From contig SMSO01000004.1 of NCBI GenBank assembly GCA_004764695.1, forward strand, positions 2,108,001 to 2,172,000: a stretch of DNA of 64,000 bases. Direction: 5' to 3'. Position numbers and translations under genes: made by a program. The notes under the pieces were generated by a model. The model was not told the origin of the DNA. It saw nothing but the letters and a program-made list of their open reading frames with translations, and searched no databases. Position 1 is the first letter of the stretch; every line of letters starts with the position of its first letter. Below, one piece after another: positions 44,295 to 56,568 of the stretch. Source of the DNA: Schizochytrium sp. TIO01 (Eukaryota > Protista > Bigyra: Labyrinthulomycetes).

Positions 44295-45135
44295 TTGCAG
44301 TGTTTTGTCCTCTTCTTTGAAACCAAATGCGAAACTCTTCTATTGTTGGGTGTATTTCGGGCTTGTCCGTTCAGTTGCCTCACTCCATCACTCGCTGGGA
44401 ACCCTGGTCGACAAAGTTTGTAGTTGCTTTGGCTTACTTGCCGTTGTTTGGGATTTGCGCAGTGGCCTCGTACAGCAGGTTGGATTGCTTCTTGAAGCGG
44501 TTTTGCAAAGAGAGCTTTTGCTGACGTATGTTGTCGCTTTCTGTCAAGTGAGGTAATACAATATAGTTACACGTAAAACCTGAAGAGCACTGCTAGGCAT
44601 TATTAATGTATAGGGTTCGCAGTGATGTGCACGCGCTTCATATGTGTACTTACCGCTTCAAAGTCGAATGCGTGCTCTACAATTCCATGAGTTTGGGTAT
44701 TAAGAAAACATGAAAGTCAAAATGAGTTTGATATTCCACTGATGGGCTAGCTGGGCCCCGTTCTTCGAGCTTGCAAATTATGCACAGTTCTGCATACTCT
44801 GAGGTAGGTATTGACTTGACAAAAGATGTCAGAGGTAAGTACGGGTAAGTATTTCATCCAATATCATAAAGTCCCTCGAGCCGCTTGTCAAACGCTTTGA
44901 AGATTGCCTAGGAGATAGCAATCAGCCAATGCATCAGGTGCCTGCAGCGTGGAGGATTGTTGTTCTCTTGCGAGTGGACAAGCACGGCAATTACCTCTAG
45001 GGTGAATTGCCGTAAAGCTGTACGTCCCTTGTAAGGGTCATGTACCTTGTACTGGTCGCTGTGTAAATTTTGGGCAATGATAATCGAGATGATTGATCAA
45101 TATTAGATCGATCACTTGAGACGAACGAAAGTACG

Positions 45136-46568
45136 ATGGCGAGCGAGACTACGGAGATGCGCACTGTGCGCGTGGGCGGAGTGCCAGAGCACTTCAACGC
45201 CCCATTTCACCTCGCAAAGAAAGCGTACGTTTTTACTATATCTTTTTAACTCTCGGCGGAGATGAAGAGGTGAAGAAGATCCAGGATGTGCCTCCTCTCT
45301 TAATTTATGCGTGAACAACCTGAAAGCGTTTCATCTTCTAGGTCTTCATGAAAAGAGAAAAGGCAAAGCTACTTCATGGAACTGTGATGTATTTTGTCCA
45401 AAGCTGCTTGCAGAAGCTTAGAAATTAGAATTACTCCGAAGAGAATGTCATAAAAGATCTGAATGCCGAAAGCTGAGTTCTCCTGTTTCGAGGTTGACTA
45501 ACGAGTAATGTGGATTCGTGCGTTGGTGATGATGACACAGAGGCAAATTTGAGGCGCAAGGCATTGATTTTCAGTGGACGGACTATCCGGGTGGCACAGG
45601 TGACATGTGCAAGGCATTGTCTGAGCGTGAAGTGGATGTAGCCATCATGCTGACGGAGGGAGCTCTGGCTCATGCCATGAACGCGGACCCAAAAGTCAAG
45701 CTTGTGGGCGTGCACGTGTCTTCTTCTGCAATCTGGGGTATACACGCTGGTGCCACATCATGCGAGGTGGATGATATTAAGGAGCTCAAGGGCAAGGCAA
45801 AGTTTGCAATCAGCCGCTATGGTTCGGGAAGCCATCTCATGTCATATGTTCTTGCGGAGTCGCTCGGTTGGGATACCAAGGAAGGAATGGAGTTTCAGGT
45901 GGTTGGCGGACTCAAGGGGGCCATAGAGGAGCTGCCCAAGGATGGAAACCTTGTTTTCATGTAAGTTAATTATGCTAAGGGTTACTTGAACTCGTACGTT
46001 TGGAAAAATTATGATTTACTGATGCGCAAACACGGGGGCATGTGTTATAATTGATCATATTCTCTTACTTGTACTCTGAAATTTTTTCATGATGACTGTA
46101 AACATTCTAATGTATTGTCAATTGCAACATGCTTTCTAATCTGTGGATATGTACAATAGGTGGGAGAAATTCACGACCTTGCCATGGGTTGTCGATGGTA
46201 CATTCAAGCGCATTGGCGAATTTCCGACGCCGTGGCCTTTCTTTGTAGTGGTTACACACGAGGATTTCTTAACGAGCGAAACTGCTGCTCAGGATCTTAA
46301 GACCGTGCTGGACATCGTACGTGAGCAAGCGGAGTCTTTCAAGACAGGAGGCGACGAGTCCTTGAAATACATCAAGGAGAATTACAAGATTGAGCCTGAA
46401 GCAGCTGCGGAGTGGATGGCATCGGTTACCTGGGCACTTGCCCCTACAGTAGATGTTGGTATGCTCAAGGGTGTCGCAGACACTCTTCATCGTTTGGGCA
46501 AGATTACTACCACCTCTGGTGAGGTTCCGACTGAAGAGGAAGTAGCTGCTGCCACTAAGGCACTCTAA
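45136..46568 (+). CDS. Ca3427-like / THI5-SsuA type-2 periplasmic-binding-fold protein, 3 exons (45136-45224, 45541-45960, 46160-46568), 305 aa
   Basis: RVGGVPEHFNAP, PGGTGDM, LTEG, ISRYGSGSHLMSY, FMWEKFTT, PTPWP.FV. Introns GTACGT..CAG and GTAAGT..TAG keep frame. Confidence 0.9.
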
Positions 46569-47127
46569 CTAAGTAATTTGTCATTAAAAGATTGTTTTCA
46601 TAAATAGTATCAATCAATCTTTAAAGAACCTAATGTATCAGAAGCTAGGAAGCTGAAGATATTGAAGATATTATGAACACGAATCGGGTGTATTGACTTG
46701 ACTTGACATGACTTACGGAATGTTTCCTCCATTTACCTTGATAGTAGAAATTCTGCGAGTACCAGGACGTTATTTTTCAATGTACATACGAGAGATTTAT
46801 CAGTATGAAAAGATAGTAGCAATACTGGGACACTCCCACTTATGCTTATTATGCAACTTTGAATCCTCATGGTAATTGGATCTCAATTGGGAGCATTGAT
46901 TGACCCTCGAACACCTCAACCGCGTATTGAAAAACATTATTTTCTTCATGATAGAAACTCAAACGCTTGATCAGAGTGCAACTTTTAGACTTTATGGCAA
47001 CCACAACCCTTCATGAAGCCACGGTGGCTTCTTGAGGCAGCAAACGTGCTTTCTAGCATTTTAAAGAAAGACATTTGAACATCTTAAGTTGATGTACCTC
47101 GAGTGGGAGACAAGGTAAATAGACTAC

Positions 47128-47412
47128 TTAAGGTACAACACGGCGAAGGTTGTCAAAGCAGGAGCGCATGGCAGCGTATTGGTCCTTGCAAGAATCCTTC
47201 CGGACATCATCGATGGTGCTCTCCACACAAGATGCATATGCTGTCATATCCTCACGACACTGGGTGCGCATCTCCGCAAAAACACGGCCCATGCGGCCTT
47301 GCGGGCTCCGCACATTCGTCGCGGTCGGCGTTGAGATGTCCGTGGCAAACCCACGAATGGCCCCACGAACAAAGGCGGTTTCCTTAGTGCCCATCGACTT
47401 GACTGCGCTCAT
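47128..47412 (-). CDS. NDUFAF8: Twin CX9C mitochondrial protein, NDUFAF8-like complex I assembly factor
   Basis: CREDMTAYASC..KDSCKDQYAAMRSCF matches the pattern C...AY..CV...KD.C..E/QF..LRSCF. Confidence 0.75.
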   Translation of the reverse strand: MSAVKSMGTKETAFVRGAIRGFATDISTPTATNVRSPQGRMGRVFAEMRTQCREDMTAYASCVESTIDDVRKDSCKDQYAAMRSCFDNLRRVVP

Positions 47413-48189
47413 TTTGGCCTGAGTAATCTAGCTGCGCAAACCTCCGCTTTCGTTTTGATCAACGCAATCCATCGATCACTTGGTATTCGTCGCATTACAT
47501 TCCGATTTCGTCGCGCAGCCTATCACCAATCCCACAAGTGAGCTATAGTTTTAAACTCTACTTGTTACCCCTATAGCCTACTATAAAGTCGCTTTGATAA
47601 GTGACTTCTCTCCTAGCCACCGCACTCTCTGTCCTGGATGTGGCGATTTCCGCTCGGTCATTTTCGACACAATCGACGACCTTGCTGCGAAGCAAGCAAA
47701 AGAGTACTCCGCACTCAGTATTGTGCAAACTTTCTTATGATTAGCAATCGCTTCAGGCTGCCTTCTTCATAATCTGGCAGCTATGAACCCTGTTCCTTAT
47801 TTTCTTCGCAATCCCTTTGCTGCGATCGGTATCGCAGTGGGCACCTTAGTCGCTCCATAGGGACTCTTAGCAGCAGCATATGAAGAACTCTGGGAACAAG
47901 AGGAATTTGTAGAACAAACAGAACTTCTGGACCCACAGTGGCGCTGAAGAAGGAAGCAAAGATAGTCGTCTTGTCACGCCATAGTTAGATGCAGCAGAGC
48001 GACGACTCGACAGCAAGCAAACAGGCAGTCTGGATTACCGGAGTCTCGGTCTTGCTTGCTTGCGTGCGTAGGTCGTGAGTAGCAGTAGCTCGAACCCCAG
48101 GTCGTTCTCCTGTGAGCGTGTCTTCGTGGCTGCAAAAGCGGTCGCTTTCCAAAGACATTTTGGAATTTGAAATTTGTGGAATCAGCACC

Positions 48190-49458
48190 ATGATGCGGCG
48201 ATCTCTCCTTACTGCACCGCGCCTTGCAAGCCGCAACACTCTCTCCAGAAACGTACGTGCACTGTCCTCCTCGCCTAGCTCTTCTGCTGGATCTTCCTCT
48301 GCTAAGGATGGCCAGAAGGACAGCCACGCGGATCCTAAGATCCGCATCATGGAGGCCGCTATGAACCACGTGAACCGTCGTGGATGGAGTGCAGAGGCCC
48401 TGTCAGCTGGTGCCCTGGATGTTGGATACCCACCTGTGACGCACGGCCTCTTTCGCCGTGGCCCTGCCGAGCTTGCAGAGTTCTGGATGGATCGTGGTAA
48501 CTCGCGACTTTCTGATTTCCTCGATTCTGATGAGGCCCGGACGCTCTCTGGAGAGCAGCTTGCAGCAGAGGCAATCTCGCGTCGTCTGGAGCACACCGTA
48601 CCATACCTTCGAAGCTGGCCTCAAGCTATGGCTTTGGGGCTCCACCCTGAGAACCTCCCTTCGACTTTGCAGAAATTGCATGAGATCCCAAGTCTTATCT
48701 GCGCTGCCGCTGACCGTAATGACGGCTCTCGCGAATGGGCAAAGCGCTCTGGCGCCGTGGGCTCTGTCTACGCCGCTGCTGAGCTTTACATGCTCACAGA
48801 CTATTCTGAGGGATACGCTGATACGCGTCGGTTTGTGCAGAGCCGCCTACGTGACTCACTCAACCTCCAGGAGCGCGCAGGACCCTCTGCAGAGACCCTT
48901 TCGGCGCTCGTCGGTGGCGTTGGATCCCTTCTGGCCTCTGCAGCAAGTCTTGTAGCGCCTGCGGTTCCTTCCGCAAGATCTTGGGGACCGCCCAAGCCAC
49001 CAAGCCCTGAGGAGGTCTTCACACAACTCAAAAAGGGCGTTGAGATGGCCTCCGCAAAGGTCAAGGCGTCTACAGCCGGTGCTTCAAGTGGTGTAGCATC
49101 CGCTTCTTCTTCATCGAAGAGCACAGCAGCAGGTGCAGGCGTCAAGACGGGTCCAGCTGCGGGGGATGCGGCGATGTCGGCATCGAACTGGGACGATGGA
49201 AACGACTTGGCGGAACTTGGCACAGTGGACGGACCATCACCACTGGCACCAGTTCAGTTGCCGGAAAAGATGTCCCTGTTTGGACTGCTCTCAATGCCGG
49301 GCAAAGAGGCCGCGGAACTCGTCCAGGTGAGTAACCCGGACTTTAAGGTGCTTGTGACGAATGTGAATGACGAGTCAGCGGAGCCCCGCCAGGAGGAGAG
49401 GCTCGTGCGCCTTCTGGTGAATGACCAGGATATCGTCGTCGATGTCCTTCGCTCATAA
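48190..49458 (+). CDS. COQ9: Ubiquinone biosynthesis protein COQ9 with C-terminal extension
   Basis: Mitochondrial presequence-like MMRRSLL; HV...GWS.EAL..GA, LF.RGP, WPQAMAL...P.N, W.KR....VY.A.EL.MLTD.S..Y.DT..F..RL. Confidence 0.93.
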   Translation: MMRRSLLTAPRLASRNTLSRNVRALSSSPSSSAGSSSAKDGQKDSHADPKIRIMEAAMNHVNRRGWSAEALSAGALDVGYPPVTHGLFRRGPAELAEFWMDRGNSRLSDFLDSDEARTLSGEQLAAEAISRRLEHTVPYLRSWPQAMALGLHPENLPSTLQKLHEIPSLICAAADRNDGSREWAKRSGAVGSVYAAAELYMLTDYSEGYADTRRFVQSRLRDSLNLQERAGPSAETLSALVGGVGSLLASAASLVAPAVPSARSWGPPKPPSPEEVFTQLKKGVEMASAKVKASTAGASSGVASASSSSKSTAAGAGVKTGPAAGDAAMSASNWDDGNDLAELGTVDGPSPLAPVQLPEKMSLFGLLSMPGKEAAELVQVSNPDFKVLVTNVNDESAEPRQEERLVRLLVNDQDIVVDVLRS

Positions 49459-52400
49459 GTATTCTTAGAAGCAGCATCTGGACTAAATCTCGCAGACTGA
49501 TTAGCGTAGTCTCTCACGAGGCTTTTCTTGGCTATACAAGTCACCCTCACTCTGTGCGTTTGAGCGTGCAGATTTGAGTTCATCTTCCATAGCCTGCCTG
49601 CAAATGCAAATGCCTTGCTCACATTCGTTCACACAAGTTACTTGGAGAGCAGCAAGAATCACATCAAGTTTCAGTTATCCCATAAAGACACCGCATTCAT
49701 GTTTCAAAGGACGTTTATGATGCGTGAATGTAAGAAAAGGGGTAGGTAACTAAAAGGATCAATGAGTAACACTGATTCATGGATCAGGAGAATTATTAGA
49801 CCGCAAGTCCGTAATGTACTTGGTTCAAACAGAGCGGGTTTGCACTTCTCTGAGCAAATAGCTCATTGAGAACTCCGCTGCCAGTTTGAGCAATCATACA
49901 ACTCCAGGTCCATCGTCTTATTCCTATGCTTTCTATTGTGTCTTTGGAAAAGCCAACCTCTTTACCCTCCCAATTAATTTTCACACAGCATAGATCCTGC
50001 ATCAAGTTTTCTTGCACATTGGTCTTAATTCAATTTCTGGCAGGCAAACAACATTTGCCATTTTAATAAACTCCATAAAAAGAATTAAATAACTATGAAA
50101 ATCAGATTCATGTGCTTCTTGTTTCTTGCTCTCTCCTTTTGTTGGCATGCATGTGTATTGCTCTTATTCAAATTTTCCGCAGAACATCAACCAGGAGAAG
50201 TGAAGAATCTTGTACGCGAGGAAAGCTGTGCATTTCAAAGAATACATTCACTTTCCAAAATAATGTGTCGATACATTTGATTTTGCTTTGTATGTGTACA
50301 ATATGAAAAACCAGACAATAGGTCTTCTGGATAGAACTTAGAGCATAATGGGGAAGGAATGTGGTCCTCTACATCTGATTGAAAATTTATGTCCTTGAAA
50401 CAATAGCAAACCAAAGGACAGTATGTTTTGAGCAACCAAAATTAATCTGTGGTTCTCCTGACGTGAGATATCGAAAAGGACTGCGTGTCTTACATACAAA
50501 GCTAGAAGCTCCGAAGAAATCTCATAGTGAAACTATATCCTTAGTAGAATAACATTATCTTTGTAATAATTTAATCCGCAATTTACTTTGACAAAGTATC
50601 ATAATTGTTATGAGTAGATAGTGCTATCTCATAAATCTTATAAAAGGCTGCGACAGTACCTTGGAGGTTCTGCATGGTGAAGCGTACATGGGCTATTGTT
50701 TTGGCTTGTAGTTTTATCTTAGCAAAAGTATTTGAAGGAGCTGCCTCTGCCTACGGAGCGCTCATAGTACAATTTCTAACAAAATTTGCTTGACATTAGT
50801 TTGTTTCTTTGAATTCATATGCGACTAATAACCCGCACCAATACCACAAGCTCATTGCTCTTTTAAAGAAAGCAGAATAATAAAATAGGTACCCAAGCAG
50901 AATATACGGATGGTAAATTTGAGAAATGGATCAATCGAACGTGTATAGGCTCTATGATGGTATTGAGCAATTTGAATATGTACCGTAGCTATGCTTGATC
51001 TTAGCTACAAATAAAGATGAAAGTAATACTCTTATGCTAGTTATAAAACTGAAAGTTGCGAAATTGCGCAAAGTTCAAAAGGTTTTGCGAGTGTGTGAAC
51101 AATTGTGGTCCTACTGTTCTATAGAAACGACGAACGTTGCCAGCGATAATAAGAAAGCATAAGAGTTTGACCGCTAATCACCCACCAAAAAGAACACCTA
51201 CTAGTGTGCACATTGCATAAATTTTATTATCTGAGCGGGTCCACTCACTGATATTCACAGATGGTAAAACCAAGTTTCCAGCAGGGCTGTGCTTGTATTT
51301 TGCTACTAATAGCAGAGCTTCCTTGGAGTGATTTGAGATCTCTGAGAAAAATCAGAACTAATTATATGAGCTTATTCGTGACGCCTGAAAATTTCACTAA
51401 AGGTCGTAGATCTCTAGCAAAGTATCTACGGTTCGGACTGTCAATCAAGTAAGAGGGTTGATAGTACGATGCACTCTCGCCAGTCAGAAGCTGTTCTATA
51501 ACTACTTTAACTTTAACATTTACTCAACTTGAAGAAAGAGTAAATATTTGATCGTGAAAGGGTAGGTACACACCTGGGTACGATACTCCGCACATACCTC
51601 AAGATGCCGTGAGGCATTATAAGGAACAATCATAGGTACTAGGTAGAGAGCGCTCAATCGCAGCAAACTGTCGCCATCCAAGGTCCGGCAGGGACAACTT
51701 AAAGATACTGCGCTTCGTCCGTCTTTCCTGGAATGCTAGAAATTGCAGTAGCACACCTCGGGTTGGCAGCTGACAAAAGAATGCAAGTTTCGTTCAATAT
51801 TCATTTCAAAGGTGTCAAGTTGGTGCTGGCATTAAATAATGGTGTCTACTACCAATCGATTAAATGTGCCGAAACATAATTTAGAAATTGCTTATCTTCA
51901 CCAAGTTTCTTGCGGCCGCTAGATTGGTGTTGTTTTATTTGATCAGACTCCCAAACTAATATTAGTTTTATGCTATCGTCTATGAAATAGGTCAACCTAC
52001 TTGTAAACATCCAGAAAACTGCATGGTATTACCTAGTCCAGTATTCGTAAAAGTAACTCTATGGAACCTGGCATTATCTAGACTAAAATAATAGATGCAG
52101 CAGAGCTGGTAGATCTGCTACTAAGCAGATGCCCAACACAAGAATGATAATTTAACTATTTCCGAAAAGATTAAAAAGAAAGAAGGGAAAAAAAGAGAAG
52201 AATTGAATATGTATTAGTGTTAGAAGCCTCCTCTCAGAAAGAAAAGAAAGAAAAAAGAACTCCGCACGTGCAGAACCCTGCACGTGAACATTATTGGTGA
52301 AGCACTTTGAGAGCTTAGCTACAATGAATCTTTATGGGCCTAGATGTCTACTTTTTGCCAATCGACTTGCACTCCTTGTCTTTACTGCACAGATTGACTT

Positions 52401-55169
52401 GTCTATTGTTCTTCAAGTATGATTAAACTTTCTTTTAGCTTTGGCTTTATTATTAAATCCTTTCAAATATATATTTTATTGGAAGGTTTACTGCAGGTGA
52501 TGAAGCATTGGTCAGCGCCAACGCACGGGACAGGGCTGAGTTCGGGAACACGCAAAGATTAGACGTACGTCCAGATACACGCTGCGGGCTCATCGCCTTA
52601 CATGAGCATTTCTGCAACAAGGGTCGCGCTAGAATCCCAGAAGTACGCAAATGCATGCAAAGTTCATTTCTGCCAGAGTCCAAAGAATTCTCTTTTAAAT
52701 GGCCCCTTCAACAGAGTTACTTTAGCTGATTAAACCTCCAGCCAGTAGAAGATGTCAACGAAAGGTGGCGGTGATAACACCCTGACTTGGCCCAAAGAAC
52801 AGTGAACAACTTGTAACCTATACTACCCGTCGTAGTAGCGCCTGCTGTATATTTGAGAGCTATCCATTGATTATATTTTTATTTTATTTTAAATTGGAAA
52901 TAAACGTGATGTATTGCAAACAGAAGAAACTGCCGGTGAAAGGGAAAAGGCTGCCATTCATTTTGGCTCTTTTCTTTTTTTAAATTCACAAAAGTAAAAA
53001 AAATATATTAATTGAAATAAATCTAACACACTTCATCAAAATATTCAAACATATAAACTTCAGACGTGCAGGTACGAAGTTGGGATCACCTTTGCGGACG
53101 AATGGGGTTCTGTGCCTTAAAATACACTGAGCATTCTAAAGTTCATGGCGGCAGACGCTATTTATATTGCTTATTACCAACAGAGGGAGCAGTGAGCACA
53201 GTGTGGAATGGGAACCTTAGACTACTACTATTAGGGTCCGAAATATCTGCGTTTCTTTGAGCAATTGAATTAGTTTGCAGCGCCTCCACGGGCAGGGACA
53301 CGAATTTATACAGCTTTAGTAGCAAGTCATTGCTGGTGGTGAACTTGCGCAGCGTTGAGCTATGCCGATTGAGATGTCGAAGCACAAAATCACCTTTTGT
53401 CGTCCGATCTGACGATCTACAGCGGATACCAGAAAACACAGAGAGAAACCCAACTAATACATAAAAATACGAAGTTTTGATTATTAGTATTTTATAATGA
53501 GCTTTAGGTTTTCAGGTTATAGAGATTATGAAAACAGCCTGGAATGCCGGGGAACCACGCAACGATGAGCTTGGAGGCGCTAAAATGGCGCTCGCTTCCT
53601 CGCGTCATTAACCTGTTTCGTTTGAGGGAAGCTAATTACCCCTGTCGCTTCCAAGCGCGTCTTTGTAGCGAAATTCTATCATACTCTTTTTAATCATGTA
53701 TGACATACTACGCTGTTTTCGGTGAATGGCCGATGAATTAGGTTGGATCACGTAACCAAGTCTGGGTTTCAGGCAATCTAAGCCGTGATGGCAGCCCAGG
53801 ATTTCCATCTTCTTTTATTACGAGCACACCTATTGCTGTCGTTCTAGAGTCGGTAACCTCACATGATTGAACCATGACTGATTTACTTCTGCCTTCTTGA
53901 GCGAGGCCCCGAGCTGCCAGACCTATTTTCTTGAAGGAGACAAGTCTTGCAGTTCATGTCTCTTCAAGTTGTCCACATTTCTTTTTTAATCTTCTAACTT
54001 CATCATGGAACTTGGAAGAAATTAAATAAAAAAACAAGAAGGCAAACATTTCAACTGTGTCTTTCACGTGCGTCGTTGATTAACGACGCGCACTTTTTTT
54101 TTCTCCGGACTCAGAAATATTTTGAAAAGGCCTTCTAATTCTTATTCATCGCCTGCGGCGTTGTCAGCCCTCGACGTAGATTACCTTCCTTCAGCCCCGG
54201 CTCAGTCCCCGTGCCGATTCCTGGCGACGCGCCTGTCTTACTGCCTGCACTAGGGCAGATCTTGGGCAGAGCAGCTTCTCCCGCGTCCGTCTTCAATAAC
54301 ACCGGAAAAGCAGTAGAAATGACCAAAGCAAGGTAGTCAATATTAGTGCGGGGGGAACCCGTAGCCGGGGCTGGACTTGTCTCGAGATCAAGGTGGCGTG
54401 CGCAAAGTATGCAGTAGTAGGCAATAAAGGAGCACACTGAGAGCAGACACACGAAGGAATGCGCAGTTAAATTCAACATCATTGCTACAAGCTAGATATC
54501 TAGCTGGTCTTGGCTTGGCTTGGAAAAGAGCGACGAAGATCTAAGCGGATACTTTGACTGATCAGGGGTAGTAGGTTTCCAGTTAGTTCTACTTGCTTCC
54601 AGGGTTTTCAAGTTGATGTCCGTCATTATTCATTAGCGAAGCTTGACCTTGTGCGTCTATGGCGCATGTATGCAATTAGGGATGAATGAGGTGATGAGAA
54701 TGCATGTTTTCTTGATCGGATGGTAGTCTGGTGTACTTTCAGAATCAGTTTATGGGCTGCAGCAGTGTACCTAGAGCTTTGTAGCCCAAGTTTGACTAGT
54801 TCCACTTTCAGAAGATGCCCTTCTTTTCAGAAACTCTTTTTGAATCGTTGCTCGACGCCCGGTTGCAGAGAGAATAGCACAGTAGGCATCCTAAGTTCTG
54901 ATTTGCATACTTGGATCTGTAGCGATCGTAACTGCTGTGCAACGAACGATCTCCGCAGGGATAACCTTGGTATTGAAACTCTAGGTAGATTGGCGATGCA
55001 TAGCATTAGACAAGAAATAACCATGGCCAGCGACGGACTCGACCATGATGTTCCATACTTGAGATCCTCGACGCCCCTTCGTCAAGCAGACATACATGTA
55101 TGAACGCTGCACGAGTAAGGTAGGCACCGAATTTCAAAGGCCGATGAGCAGCGATCAGCACATAGAGAA

Positions 55170-55210
55170 ATGAATGAATGAATGAATGAATGAATGAATA
55201 AATGAATGGG
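55170..55210. repeat. (GAAT)n microsatellite (others at about 55267-55283, 59882-59915 and 60284-60305)
   Basis: Direct read. Confidence 0.9.
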
Positions 55211-56568
55211 AGAAGTTCGACGACATAGCAGCATATGGACGTGCGCACACTCAGTAAGGCTGTATTCGAATGAATGAATGAATGGATGAACTGCGATGGG
55301 CAAGTGATGATGGTGGCCATATGAAGAAAGTGTGTCTTCCCCTTTTATAATTACTTTTAAGCAACATAGATAAACAATAACAATTTAGAAAAAAAAAAAG
55401 AAAAAAAAAGGGTGACAGCACCTGCAGGAATGTGCTTGATTGAGCGCCACCTCTATCAACCCGAAGTCCGCTCAACGCAGGAGCCAACTCGCTGCATGTT
55501 GATTGTTGCTCGAAGCGACCAAAAGCAGTTGCTGTGAAGGGCAAAGCCTGAAGCGATTCGGAGAAGCCCCGCTTTGCACTTTCCTTTCCTGAATAAAATT
55601 AGAATTGGAAACTTTTTAGACTATGAGAAAGTTGATTTTTCCAGCAGGAAAGTGAACTTGATCTTAATTTTGTTCTCCATGCATTTTTGCCTAGCCAGTT
55701 TTAGAATCGCATACACTTTAATTCTTCTTCTTTTCATCAACTTGATTCCATCTATCGGCACATGAGGGTGCGACTGCGGTGTTGTCCTTTTCGCTCTGCG
55801 ACGTACCTGTTGCCTCTCTCTCGACCCATCACGGCAACCCATTCATTCTTCATGTATTCATCCAAATGTTCATTTTTGATTACTTCATTAACTTCAGGCT
55901 TCCTTGCTTGCTTGCAACGATGTTATAGTATGCCGCAAAAAAGCGCGTTCCGGGCCCTGTCAGCACGTGCAGAAGGCACACAAACTCCGGCGCTAGCGAG
56001 AGATGTTATTGCGCTATCCCCTTTCGTTCTTTTGGTGCCCACATGAGGACCATGGACGCGGCTGAGAATATGTAATTCTTTCAATGTAAAAAGAAGTTTA
56101 CCCTTTTCTATTCTATTTTAAAGGGAAAAAGAAAAAGAAAACATAAGCAAAACAAGAGTGTTGATAGTCCTTTGTCATAAGATGGTACTAAGGAAGTGTG
56201 TTGGTCTTATTTTAAAATTCTCTAATCGAATTAAATGAACTTTTAAAAATAAATATATTGAAGAATATATATAGCAACGAAAGAGCTGTAGGTTGGGATT
56301 ACGCAGGAACTCCTTGTTTCCGTGGACGCATCCCGTAAAAGAAAAGGTCCTGCGGAGTGAGCTCGTGCAGAGCCCAAAACCGGAACTCCTGGCAGCAGTC
56401 CTTTGTACGGATTGAGGCCAGTGTATAGGAGCAGCGTAAGGCGTTGCTTGTAATCCTTTACGTGCCCACGTCGTCGCTGGTGGCGGTGGCCGAAGTCACG
56501 TCTGGGCAGCCAGTCCTTAACTTCATCACAAGAGGAAAGTTACTCCCTTGGGATATCTGAAAGTCACC

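Noticed and set aside
47011-47035. Near-perfect palindrome TCATGAAGCCAC-G-GTGGCTTCTTGA between convergent genes
   Set aside because: Short, with no U-tract. Intrinsic terminators are not expected in a nuclear genome, so it may be chance.
48112-48189. ORF-track upstream GTG/TTG starts (also 16184, 25440, 56548, 59007, 46143)
   Set aside because: Eukaryotic genes start at ATG. These extensions are UTR or intron sequence, so starts were reassigned.
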